Position numbers and translations under genes: made by a program. This document shows positions 19,671 through 31,861 of a stretch of DNA of 64,000 bases, piece by piece; positions within the stretch are counted from its first letter, which is position 1; each line of letters opens with the position of its first letter. Source of the stretch: Macrostomum lignano (Eukaryota); NCBI GenBank assembly GCA_002269645.1, contig NIVC01001342.1, positions 186,001-250,000 on the forward strand, written 5' to 3'. The notes under the pieces were generated by a model. That model saw only the letters and a program-made list of their open reading frames with translations, was not told the origin of the DNA and searched no databases.

Positions 19671-20589
19671 GGTAGCTGGTAGCCTCAGACGGCAGAATTC
19701 TACGCCTCGAGAAGATTTCAGGACAGCGAAGATCCTGTCCTGATTGAGAGGCTCCGCTCTTCTTCAAAATCGGCTCGAGTGAGCAGCAGCCAAGCAGAAT
19801 GGCCAAGTCAGCCTAGCCCGTTGCAGCTTTCTAACTGACAGATGGTGCCTCGGAGCTTTGCAGGTTTCCTGTTGGGGGGGGGGGTAATTGTGGAGTCTGC
19901 CTCTAGAGGCAAACGGATCCGCAATAAAATACTTTCGCGCCAGTGAATGTCGCGGTCGTGGCTTACAGTTCAGGAGTAGAAGTGTTTTATGACTCTTTAT
20001 GGAGACTCAGAACCTGCTGGAATGGAGAGCTCAGCATTGAGCAGCTTGCCGCTAATTCCTTAGTTAAGTAAGCTGAGCTCGTATTTAGAGAGTTCCCCCT
20101 GTGCGCCGCTAGGGAAGTCGATAATCTGGGGTGGAGGGCATTAAACTGCTGAGCTGCCGCAATCGATAAGGCAAAATTAAGTTTGAGTTCACCCTTTCAG
20201 TCTTTTGTCAGCTAGCTTTTATAGTCTTTAGTGGGTCTCACTCTCTGTCTCTCTTTACCACTGTCTCACTCTCTCACACTGTCTCACTCTCTACCACTGT
20301 CTCACTCTCTACCACTGTTTCACTCTCTCACACTGTCTCACTCTCTACCACTGTCTCACTCTCTCACACTGTCTCACTCTCTACCACTGTCTCACTCTCT
20401 CTCAGAATTTATAATTTTCCTGGGTTAACTGCGCTCCTGTGCGTTTTACTGTGTGGAGAGCCGACACCAGATGGGGCAGGTGCGACCGGAATGTAATGAA
20501 CTCTTCGCTGCGAGGGGCTCACAAAGACCGAATAAATAGAGACTTGGACAGTGATCTGGACAAATTTTGTTAGGTTAGCATGATTATAA

Positions 20590-21077
<488 letters not shown>

Positions 21078-21584
21078 CCTCGTCTCCATTCAGCAAGTGG
21101 AGTTAAAAATCCAAATCTAGCAATATAATTTACAACTAGACAGCGCTGATTGAGGGCCATCAATCATATTGGAAATGAAAGATTTTTCCGGGCTGCAGTT
21201 CTTCAGAGATCTTTCCTACTGATGCAGCGCGTCGTTGCCGTTCCCAGCCTCAGCCGCAGTGGCTGCAATTTCTGGTTACGCCAAAGGTTTGCGCAATCCA
21301 CGCATCTGCGCGTGCGACCCGCGCCTTGCCTGTACCAACTGCGTTCTCGAGAGCTTGGGATGCAGTGTGAAATGTAAAGTCATGGTTTCCGTGCACAACT
21401 TTCCCCTTGCTTAATTGTCAACATGGCGTGCTTTACGGTAGTAAGTACTACTAATAGCAAACTGCCGGTAGCAATCGCCTAGCAACCCAAATAGGCTTGC
21501 TGCCTGCAGCGCCTGGGGCCCCAAAAATGCTGGCAGATTTTTGTGTCAAGAGAGAGCGATATTTTGTGACAGAAAATGCCGTGT

Positions 21585-22290
21585 GTTGTGTCAGAGTATG
21601 CCATACTTGTGTCAGAGGGTGCCATACTTGTGTCAGAGAGTGCCATATTTTGTGCCAGAGGGTGCCATATTTCGTGTCAGAGGGTGCCATATTTGTGTCA
21701 GAGGGTGCCATACTTGCGTCAGAGGGTGCCATACTTGTGTCAGAGGGTGCCATACTTGTGTCAGAGGGTGCCATACTTGTGTCAGAGTATGCCATACTTG
21801 TGTCAGAGGGTGCCATACTTGTGTCAGAGTATGCCATACTTGTGTCAGAGGGTGCCATACTTGTGTCAGAGAGTGCCATATTTTGTGCCAGAGGGTGCCA
21901 TATTTCGTGTCAGAGGGTGCCATATTTGTGTCAGAGGGTGCCATACTTGCGTCAGAGGGTGCCATACTTGTGTCAGAGGGTGCCATACTTGTGTCAGAGG
22001 GTGCCATACTTGTGTCAGAGTATGCCATACTTGTGTCAGAGGTGCCATACTTGTGTCAGAGTATGCCATACTTGTGTCAGAGGGTGCCATACTTGTGTCA
22101 GAGAGTGCCATATTTTGTGCCAGAGGGTGCCATATTTCGTGTCAGAGGGTGCCATATTTGTGTCAGAGGGTGCCATACTTGTGTCAGAGGGTGCCATACT
22201 TGTGTCAGAGGGTGCCATACTTGTGTCAGAGGGTGCCATACTTGTGTCAGAGGGTGCCATACTTGTGTCAGAGGGTGCCATACTTGTGTA
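21585..22290. repeat. 21-bp minisatellite
   Basis: (GTCAGAGGGTGCCATACTTGT)n with 22-bp variants. Confidence 0.95.
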
Positions 22291-22397
22291 GTAGTCGTCT
22301 TTGAAGTCAGCTTTGGCTGGACAATTAAACTAAAGGAATTAAGGCAGCATAAGCCTGTCCGGCCAGAAAGCCAGGTGTGGAGCGAGCGAAGGCTATG

Positions 22398-23501
22398 TGG
22401 AGCGAGCGGAGCCGTGCTTCCAATGGTGCTCCGCGCGTACAACGTGCCTGAGCAGCTGATCTCCGCCGTCATGGCGATGTACCGTGATACGACAGCTGCT
22501 GTGACAACACCGGACGGCCTATCGGACTCCTTTGAGACATCCTCCGGAGTGCTTCAGGGAGATACGCTGGCGCCGTTTCTGTTCGTCCTGGTGCTTGACT
22601 GGGTGCTGCGGACTGCTCTTCCTACCGACGACGACGGTTTTCTGCTGCAGCGACGCGTGGGTCGACGTCAACCGGAGAAGCGGCTCAGCGTGCTTGGCTA
22701 CGCCGACGACCTCGCCCTGCTGTCCTCGACCGTCGAGGGCGCCCAACGGCAGCTGGACAGGCTGGTTGCCGTTGCGGCGAGTGTCGGCCTGGTGGTCAAC
22801 ACGCAGAAGACCGTTGTGCTCTGCGTGCCGGACGACATCGAGGCTGCAATATTTTGCCGAGGCGCTGACGGGCAGGCGACCGAACTCCCGCGATGTCAGC
22901 AGTTCGTCTACCTCGGCGGTCTGGTTCCAGACGCTCGCGAGGACCTGCGACGCCGCCGCGGGCTTGCCTGGGCTGCCTTTCGTTCTGTGAGGGCAGTCCT
23001 GCAGTCCGAGGCCCTACCGGACCGCCAGAGGGCGGCGCTGTTCCAGGCGGTAATCGAGACCGTCCTGCTGTACAACGCCGAGACCTGGACGCTGACGGAC
23101 TCACTCGAACAGCAAGTCGATGCGGCGCACGCTGGTCTGCTGCGCGCCGCCTTCAACATCGGCGTCGAGCGAGTCACCAACGCGGCACTCTATCGCCGCG
23201 CTGGCCTGCCACGTCCAAGTGATCTACTGCGCCGTCGGCGACTCCAGCTCGCAGGCCATCTCATCCGCGCCGAGTCGTACTGCCCACAGCCGGTGCAGGA
23301 GGTGCTGCTGCTCACGCTGCAGGCACCCTACCGGCGAGGTCAAGCGCGAACTCGGCGTTATGTCGACTGTCTGCTGGCTGACGCCGGCGCCCCGGACACT
23401 GCCGGTGGCGCGGCCTTTGTTCGCGCCCAAGCCATGAAGCGCGCCCTGTGACGCTGACTTTTACCATCATGACAGCGTATTTTGTTGTTGTTGTTGTTGT
23501 T
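22398..23501 (+). mobile_element. 5'-truncated non-LTR retrotransposon (RTE-like LINE), RT C-terminal half, (TTG)n tail, 10-bp TSD
   Basis: SGVLQGDTLAPFLFVLVLDW..GYADDLALL RT motifs, stop at 23451, TTG tail 23481-23501. GAAGGCTATG is duplicated at 22388-22397 and 23502-23511. Confidence 0.92.
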
Positions 23502-23764
23502 GAAGGCTATGAGCTGATGGGATTATTATTCTAAGACTCGGTGTAAACAATATTTTAATTCCACTAAGTTGAATTGAGACATGAACTGCAAATTTATCGG
23601 CTGAGTGCAAGGAAGCGCGTTTTATTTAATCTTAGCTCACGAGCGAACTAACACTATAGATGATATCTCGCCGATTGAATTGCATAATTCGGGTATTCTG
23701 TAGCAACGGAGACTTGATTTTTGATTGAGAAGGTGCGCAAAAAAATTCGTCCTTTTGTCTTGAA

Positions 23765-24110
23765 TTCCGTGTGCCTGCGTTGCTGCAAAAGCATTTGTCA
23801 GGGATTCCCAGCGCGAAACAATGGCTTGGCATTCCTACTATTAGTAGTAGGATGTCTGGGATGTGCCTGCGTTGCTGCAAAAGCATTTGTCAGGGATTCC
23901 CAGCGCGAAACAATGGCTTGGCATTCCTACTATTAGTAGTAGGATGTCTGGGATGTGCCTGCGTTGCTGCAAAAGCATTTGTCAGGGATTCCCAGCGCGA
24001 AACAATGGCTTGGCATTCCTACTATTAGTAGTAGGATGTCTGGGATGTGCCTGCGTTGCTGCAAAAGCATTTGTCAGGGATTCCCAGCGCGAAACAATGG
24101 CTTGGCATCA
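23765..24110. repeat. 92-bp tandem repeat (~3.7 copies)
   Basis: Identical units starting at 23771, 23863, 23955 and 24047. Confidence 0.95.
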
Positions 24111-24823
24111 TGGTTGCTGCTGCTGCTGGTGAAGATAAGGAAGTTGTTAAACGAGATGCGATTGTGGACTGCGAATTGCGCAATGCTGCTGCTGCCTTAC
24201 AGGAGTGTGGATTGTGTGACGACACTCGTGGTAAGTGTTACTATTGCCATTGCCAATTTTCACAGACAAATAGGTTGCAACTGAACTTGAATAGTTGGAT
24301 TCAGATTTCATAAAACTATGGATGATAAAGTTTAGAATGCAATTGCAATCTATATGCTTGAATTATAAGTTAATAACTTAGTATACTCGCCTTAATGTGC
24401 TTCAGACTGCCCAATTCCTGTTGTCGTGTCTACTACGGATGAACTAACAAGACAACAAGCTGAATTGGACGAAGCTGTTGCTGCACTCAGAGAAGCAGGT
24501 TTTGGCCACACTGACGGTAAGGCCTGTCTTAGCTTACTGTCTATCACGGGTGGAATAGTTTTTTAAAATCAAGATTTTGAAATTTAAAGAAAGCTGATAT
24601 AGGATCTACAAGTGATACTATTGGTATTCAAGATTTTCTAGGACACAGTTTTTTTGGTCATATCTCAGATTTCTCAATTAGAGAAATTCCACAAATGCTA
24701 CTTTGCATTTTGTCAATGTAGTATTGTGATGTCCTTTATTTGGTTTGACTGACGTTGTTTTTTGCAGTTCAGCTTCAAGAATTTTTGGGGAGTAGCGATT
24801 ATGAAGGATTATGGTTCGTTCAA
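24110..24823 (+). other. Three phase-compatible candidate exons of an unidentified plus-strand gene (~24110-24230, 24406-24516, 24768-24823)
   Basis: GTAAGT, GTAAGG and GTAAGA donors and TTCAG/TTGCAG acceptors give a continuous frame: ..ELRNAAAALQECGLCDDTR-DCPIPVVVSTTDELTRQQAELDEAVAALREAGFGHTD-VQLQEFLGSSDYEGLWFVQ. Confidence 0.4.
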
Positions 24824-24838
24824 GTAAGAAATATTCTT

Positions 24839-25654
24839 TCACAATTCTTTCACGGAGTTGCTGATGGCGTTTCTCGCTGCTTTGTGCACCGAAGTCTCTC
24901 CGTTGAGGCCTTTCAGCATGAAGACGAGCGACCCGAGCTGCTCCTTGATGAACTGCATGGAGTCTTCGCCTTGCTCAAGTGCAGCCAGGTGGATAGGAGT
25001 GCTGCCCTGATCATCTTTCTCCATCAGACAGTCTGAGCCGCACTCGCTGACCAGCCACTTGAGGGCCGAGTTGCTGCTTTCATTTGCAGCGGCACAATGA
25101 ATAGCAGTTCGGCCTACAGATCCTTTCTGAAAGAAGCAGTCGGGTCCGAAAAGCGACTTGAAGAACTGCATGGAGTCTGAGCCCTGACAGCCCGCTGTCA
25201 TGTGCACGGGTGAGTCACCATTCGAATCGACTGCACTCAGAAAACCGGGTCCTTTCTTTCTGGCAATCCACTTCAGAATTGATTTGCTGCGCTTGTTTGC
25301 AGCCGCGAAGAACGCAATAGAACTGTTGCACCTGCCTTTCAGCTCGAAGCATTCCGCTCCTATGCGGCTGTGGATGAACTTCATGGAGTTCTCGCCTTGA
25401 AAAATAGCAACCCAATGCAGTGGCGCGTCGCCATACTGGTCTCTGGCTTGAGTCAGACAGGAGGGGCCGAGCCTCTCAACCAGCACCTTCAGACAGTCGA
25501 GTCCGTAAGGCTTCCAAGCAAGATGATGAGCCAAAGATTCCTCAAACTGCTCAGTCTTTACCGTCAGGTTGCTGCCGACCCGCCTGCACAGGCGCAGCAG
25601 CTGCTCGCGGTCGTCGGCATCCAGAGCAGCGCTCAGTTGCTCAGCTGTGGCCAT
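24839..25654 (-). CDS. Ankyrin-repeat protein, truncated paralog (271 aa from ATG 25654)
   Basis: ~6.5 ankyrin repeats (GDAPLHWVA, GDSPVHMTA, GRTAIHCAA, GSTPIHLAA), collinear with 42003-43373 but ending at NSVKEL*. Confidence 0.8.
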   Translation of the reverse strand: MATAEQLSAALDADDREQLLRLCRRVGSNLTVKTEQFEESLAHHLAWKPYGLDCLKVLVERLGPSCLTQARDQYGDAPLHWVAIFQGENSMKFIHSRIGAECFELKGRCNSSIAFFAAANKRSKSILKWIARKKGPGFLSAVDSNGDSPVHMTAGCQGSDSMQFFKSLFGPDCFFQKGSVGRTAIHCAAANESSNSALKWLVSECGSDCLMEKDDQGSTPIHLAALEQGEDSMQFIKEQLGSLVFMLKGLNGETSVHKAARNAISNSVKEL

Positions 25655-26105
25655 CGCCTGGGCGGATGAAAATCTTTGTCCGAAAAAGTTGCTTCTGGCT
25701 GTCCCTGTTAGCGTCCGAGAGCCGGTGCTGGCATGCAGTGCCGCACAGCTTATTCCAGCTTGGAACCCAGCCGAAGTGAAACTACTTGAGCTCGACTGAC
25801 GCTGCTTGACCAACTGCTCAGTTCTGAATGCGCAGAGCTATTTAATCTCTTTTTTGATGCAAGAATTCTCTGTACACTGGCGTTCTGCATCTCTATTGAG
25901 TGCTCAATAAGGCACAAAGAGAGTACTTTAGACTCATATGAGTGTGCAAAACCTATGAGGGAGGAAAATTCTGTTTTGATTTTATCATTGTTGTCGCGTA
26001 GCTGAGTCTTCTCTGCTGAGTGCGCGCACTGGCTGTGCCGAAGTTTCAGCTTGATAATAAACAATGGCACGGCTCGGCACATGGAGAAAAACTGCAACGG
26101 CTACG

Positions 26106-26354
<249 letters not shown>

Positions 26355-26367
<13 letters not shown>

Positions 26368-26850
26368 TGACACAAGTTGCGTTTCAATATTTTCAGAAGC
26401 AGAGGACAGAAGGCGCTGCCGCTCCCCGTCCGCATGCACGTCCGGCAGCCATCCAGCTCAGTGTCCCGTGCGCAGTCCTCATCGAGCTCCATCATCGGTG
26501 TGGCCAGCTTCCCCCTCATGAAGCCGTAGAAGGCCATCGCCATCGCAGTCTCGGCAGTCATCACCACGCAGGGGACGTACAGACTGTTGGACTCGCCGAG
26601 CACCGGCTGCAGGATCGGCTGGCCGATGGGATATTTCTTCATCAGGGATTTAGCCAAGTCACCAAGGACAACACCGGTCGCCCAGATGGTGAGCAGGATG
26701 CCCATGACAAGGTTTTTAGCTGCCGCGGGGCCACCCGGGACATGAGCTCGTATCCCGCAGCCACTACCAGGGCCTTGGCGACTCCGTCCGCAGCCGACAC
26801 GGATGCGTAGCCGGCCCGGACCAGCTGCGGTCTCAGCTCGCCGCCAGCCG
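26355..26850 (-). pseudogene. GC-rich hydrophobic ORF fragment(s) of unknown family, apparently frameshifted
   Basis: Coding-like GC3-rich codons (MGILLTIWATGVVLGDLAKSLMKKYPIGQPILQP..MAFYGFMRGKL). A protein-like stretch lies upstream in another frame (GVAKALVVAAGYELMSRV). Confidence 0.3.
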
Positions 26851-26861
26851 CAGCGGCCCAG

Positions 26862-26967
26862 CGGTTCCAGCCAATCAGAGCGGCCCAGCGGTTTAAGCCA
26901 ATCAGAGCGGCCCAGCGGTTTTCAGCCAATCAGAGAGGCCCAGCGGTTCCAGCCAATCAGAGCGGCC
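26862..26967. repeat. ~28-bp tandem repeat, each unit carrying a CCAAT box
   Basis: GCGGCCCAGCGGTT..AGCCAATCAGA x3-4. Confidence 0.8.
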
Positions 26968-27169
26968 CGACACGCCAGCAGCAGAGCGGCTCCGCAGTAA
27001 AAACCGAAAAGAGAAGAGAAGAGAGAGGAGGCAAGAGATTGAATGTGAAAAGAGATAAGAAAGAAGATGAAGAGGAGAAGAGAGGAGAGAGGGTAGTGAA
27101 GATGAGAGGGGGAGAGCAGCCAGATTGCTATTGCAAAGTTTCAAAGTTTGCCAACCCCTGTCTTATAAT

Positions 27170-27890
27170 GTCCCAGTCCTCAGAATGTCAGGTCCCTGTC
27201 CCAGTCCTCAGAATGTCAGGTCCCTGTCCCAGTCCTCAGAATGTCAAATCCCTGTTCCAGTCCTCACAATGTCAGGTCCCTGTTCCAGTCCTCAGAATGT
27301 CAGGTCCCTGTTCCAGTCCTCAGAATGTCAGGTCCCTGTCCCAGTCCTCAGAATGTCAGGTCCCTGTCCCAGTCCTCAGAATGTCAAATCCCTGTTCCAG
27401 TCCTCACAATGTCAGGTCCCTGTTCCAGTCCTCAGAATGTCAGGTCCCTGTTCCAGTCCTCAGAATGTCAGGTCCCTGTTCCAGTCCTCAGAATGTCAGG
27501 TCCCTGTTCCAGTCCTCAGAATGTCAGGTCCCTGTCCCAGTCCTCAGAATGTCAAATCCCTGTCCCAGTCCTCAGAATGTCAGGTCCCTGTCCCAGTTCT
27601 CAGAATGTCAGGTCTGTTCCAGTCCTCAGAATGTCAGGTCCCTGTCCCAGTCCTCAGAATGTCAGGTCCCTGTCCCAGTCCTCAGAATGTCAAATCCCTG
27701 TTCCAGTCCTCACAATGTCAGGTCCCTGTTCCAGTCCTCAGAATGTCAGGTCCCTGTTCCAGTCCTCAGAATGTCAGGTCCCTGTTCCAGTCCTCAGAAT
27801 GTCAGGTCCCTGTTCCAGTCCTCAGAATGTCAGGTCCCTGTTCCAGTCCTCAGAATGTCAGGTCCCTGTTCCAGTCCTCAGAATGTTCAA
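27170..27890. repeat. 28-bp minisatellite, expanded copy
   Basis: Same unit as 14921-15257. Confidence 0.95.
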
Positions 27891-28499
27891 TGCTCCGTAT
27901 GCTTGCAATGGCTACTGCAATTATTTAATTTCACATTACCACATTAGCCCATAGCAACCAACCGGGGTCAGGGCTGGGGGCAGCTGACCCTACTTTGCTG
28001 AGAAAAGCACTCGTTGACCTCACCGAAGCTGCTTACCATTTGTTAAAACAGATTCAATTCCGGAAATCCAGGCAGCTCGTATCAGACTGGCATCGCCATG
28101 GCAGCCATCTCAGCTGCTTCATCAGCTGCTGCATTTTGGCTCGGGGCCAAACTGCATTTTCGGCGATGCCTGCGCACAGCTGATGCCGGCCCGGCTGTAG
28201 TGCGGGAATTGCAGCTTGCGTTTCGACTCGCTTGATTGGCGACCGCAAGCTGACTTTTGTGTGCTTTGGCTGATGGAGTAAATTTAATTATTGGCTGCGG
28301 AGTCTGCAGATCTTTCCGGAAATGGGGGGCATCGCTTCCGGCTGTGGAAACTGGCACCCTGAACTGCTGGGCTTTGCTGTGTCCGAATGCGGTGTAATAA
28401 TAGTGCTGATTATGGACTTTGATCTTTAATCTGAGTGTTCACAATGCCAGTGATATTGATTGATTGCTGGCCTACTGCTCCAAGGTATGAGAAGTTTAC

Positions 28500-29285
28500 T
28501 CTCTCCCTACACTCCCTCTCTCCCTGCACTCCCTCTCTCCCTACACTCCCTCTCTCCCTACACTCCCTCTCTCCCTACACTCCCTCTCTCCCTACACTCC
28601 CTCTCTCCCTACACTCCCTCTCTCCCTACACTCCCTCTCTCCCTACACTCCCTCTCTCCCTACACTCCCTCTCTCCCTACACTCCCTCTCTCCCTACACT
28701 CCCTCTCTCCCTACACTCCCTCTCTCCCTTCACTCTCTCTGCACTTAAATGCATGCAGTTGATTGGCAGGTCAATTGGTTTCTTTCAGTCGAATTTCCTG
28801 GAATTGAGACCGACTGTCGCATCATGTTTGCTTAGCAATCTCTGCACTTTTTAAACTAAATGTTACTAGCAGTAGTCTGATGGCAAGCAAAGTTTCAGTG
28901 AATTTTTAACTGCATGCTTCTTTTGGATCAGAAATCTCTCGCAATGTCCATAATCACTGAAATAATGAAGCGAGGACAGAGACCTGCACTGCACTGTCTA
29001 CCTCTCCCTGCACTCTGTCTACCTCTCCCTGCACTCTGTCTACCTCTCCCTGCACTCTGTCTACCTCTCCCTGCACTCTGTCTACCTCTCCCTGCACTCT
29101 GTCTACCTCTCCCTGCACTCTGTCTACCTCTCCCTGCACTCTGTCTACCTCTCCCTGCACTCTGTCTACCTCTCCCTGCACTCTGTCTACCTCTCCCTGC
29201 ACTCTGTCTACCTCTCCCTGCACTCTGTCTACCTCTCCCTGCACTCTGTCTACCTCTCCCTGCACTCTGTCTACCTCCTCCTGCC
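28500..29285. repeat. 17-bp (CTCCCTCTCTCCCTACA) and 21-bp (CTGTCTACCTCTCCCTGCACT) minisatellites inside a segment duplicated at ~38040-38720
   Basis: Shared unique spacer TTTCAGTCGAATTTCCTGGAATTGAGACCGACTGTCGCATCATGTT at ~28785 and ~38380. Confidence 0.9.
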
Positions 29286-30699
29286 TACTCTCCCTGTCTA
29301 CTTCCTACATTACATTCTGTTAAATCTCTGAACGCACAATTTAGTCAAACATTCTACAAGCCAACGCTGGATAGCAGTACATTTGATATTTCAGATCGTC
29401 TTGGCGCAGTGGACGACAATAAAGGTGAAAAATTTTTTTTCCAAAAACCGCTTAAAATGTTTTAAGCTTAAATTACACCATTTTACCATTTTAATAGCAG
29501 ACATTAGCATAAATAATTAGGAGTCTGATGATAGTTGAACTTCGCGTTGTTTAAAATAAATAAATAAATAAATAATTAAGACAAATTTTCAACGCCACAA
29601 TGATTCAAATATCAGGCTCATGCAGTAAGTACTAAAATGTATTTGTCCAATACATGAGTCAGAAAACTTTTTTCACTTCAGGGCCAGCTATGGAATCTAG
29701 CGCATGGCTGCGGGCCAGAGAAAGGAGAAAGGGGGAGAGAGGGGAGAGAGGGGAGAGAGGGGAGAGAAGGGGAGGGAGAGTAGGGAGAAGGGAGAGGAGA
29801 GAAGAGAGGAGAGAGGGGAGAGGGAGAGGGGAGAGGGAGAGGAGGAGAGGGGAGAGAGAGAAGCAGAGGGGAGAGGGAGAGGAGGAGAGAGGGGAGAGGG
29901 AGAGGAGGACAGGGGGAGAGAGAGGAGGAGAGAGGGGAGAGAAGGGGAGGGAGAGTAGGGAGAAGGGAGAGGAGAGAGGAGAGGAGAGAGGGGAGAGGGA
30001 GAGGAGGACAGGGGGAGAGAGAGGAGGAGAGAGGGGAGAGAAGGGGAGGGAGAGTAGGGAGAAGGGAGAGGAGAGAGGAGAGGAGAGAGGGGAGAGGAGA
30101 GAGGGGAGAGGGAGAGGGGAGAGGGAGAGGAGGAGAGGGGAGAGAGAGAAGCAGAGGGGAGAGGGAGAGGAGGAGAGAGGGGAGAGGGAGAGGAGGACAG
30201 GGGGAGAGAGAGGAGGAGAGAGGGGAGAGGGAGAGGAGGAGAGAGGTTGGGAGAGGAGAGTTGGGAGATGAGAGGAGAGAGTAGAAAAGAGGGAGAGAAG
30301 GAGAGAGAAAAGGGGAAAGGAGAGAGAAGGGAGAGGAGAGAGGAGAGGAGAGAGAGCTGAGAAGAGACAGACCTTGTGACCTTGAGCGGGCCGGATTGCT
30401 ATTGTGAAGTTTCAAAAGGCCGGATAGAGAGGCTTCGTGGGCCGCATCAGAGCCCTGGTCTAATATATGAGATTTTTGACGCTACAGCTCAGATAAGAGC
30501 TCCTTCTCTCATCACGGTGAAGTGAAATATTTTATTTTTTAGGGTGTTCTTAGTCTTAAAGACTTCTACTACTATGGCTCTGGAATGACCTTCTGTAATC
30601 AGTGTAAGAGCCAAATAACCAAGGCTGGCGAATTCCACGAACTTTTCCTGATGACTGATTTGTGGAGGGGATCGGATATCCTTTGTTAGGGTTCGATGG

Positions 30700-30930
30700 G
30701 ATATCGAATAACATATGGGATTTGTTATATCCAAATGGTTGGCTACTTTCTCATCATATGATATTGAATAACACAATGGGATCAGCATCATGGGATATTG
30801 AATAACACAATGGGATCAGCATCATGGGATATTGAATAACACAATGGGATCAGCATCATGGGATATTGAATAACACAATGGGATCAGCATCATGGGATAT
30901 TGAATAACACATTGGGATCAGCATCAGGGG
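30700..30930. repeat. 34-bp minisatellite (also 31680-31815)
   Basis: (CATGGGATATTGAATAACACAATGGGATCAGCAT)n. Confidence 0.9.
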
Positions 30931-31506
30931 ATACTGAATTATTCCACTGTGTCAGCATCAGTATTATATACGAGATCAAGAAATTTACCTCATAAGCACT
31001 AATCTTTTGCTATCGGCAGAAATTCGGCTGAAAAGGCCCGTCATCTTCATTCAGCTTATTTCCAAAATTCCTATTTTTTCCGGGCCTTACCTAGCTGCAA
31101 AAGCTGTAAAATACTCGGAGTTTTCAGACTGATCCAAGCAGATTTTGTCTGTCCATCTTTACTCCTGCATTCCCTAATTTAAGTTGAGTCTCTTTGTTAG
31201 TAAATACTAAATTATGTAGCTATAGGCAATGTTGTAACAAAAAAGTGGCGCTGATGGGATAACAGAAGCAATAAACAGTGGCGCTGATGGGATAACAGAA
31301 GCAATAAACAGTGGCACTGATGGGATAACAGAAGCAATAAACAGTGGCGCTGATGGGATAACAGAAGCAATAAACAGTGGCGCTGATGGGATAACAGAAG
31401 CAATAAACAGTGTCGCTAATGGGATAACAGAAGCAATAAACAGTGTCGCTGTCAAGTATCTCTTGCTAAAGAGTGGCTTTTGTTCTTTTATAATCCGAGA
31501 CTGTTC

Positions 31507-31675
31507 TTAATTCCATCGGTAAAAATTTGGCACGACTACGTCACCAGGTTCCATCAGCGATTCTTTGAAGTTTTCGTTGTTTTTTCCAGGCTCCAGGCCG
31601 AGCTGCCGCCAGGCAGCCATCATGACGACGAACCAGCAGGCGGTCACCTCCATGTGTCTCTTCCAGTTCCAGTAC
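31507..31675 (-). pseudogene. Orphan copy of the last ~55 codons of gene B lying downstream of gene C
   Basis: Near-identical to 16968-17130 (..AAWRQLGLEPGKNNENFKESLMEPGDVVVPNFYRWN*), including the B 3' flank. Confidence 0.85.
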
Positions 31676-31861
31676 AGCATCATGGGATATTGAATAACAC
31701 AATGGGATCAGCATCATGGGATATTGAATAACACAATGGGATCAGCATCATGGGATATTGAGTGATACAATGGGATCAGCATCATGGGATACTGAATGAT
31801 ACAATGGGATCAGCATCAGTTTTATAATACGAGGTCATGAAATTTTCATCATGAGCACAAA

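Noticed and set aside
21541-22397. N-terminal 280 aa of the 636-aa ORF fused to the RT
   Set aside because: It is read-through of the 21-bp satellite. The LINE starts at the TSD (22398).
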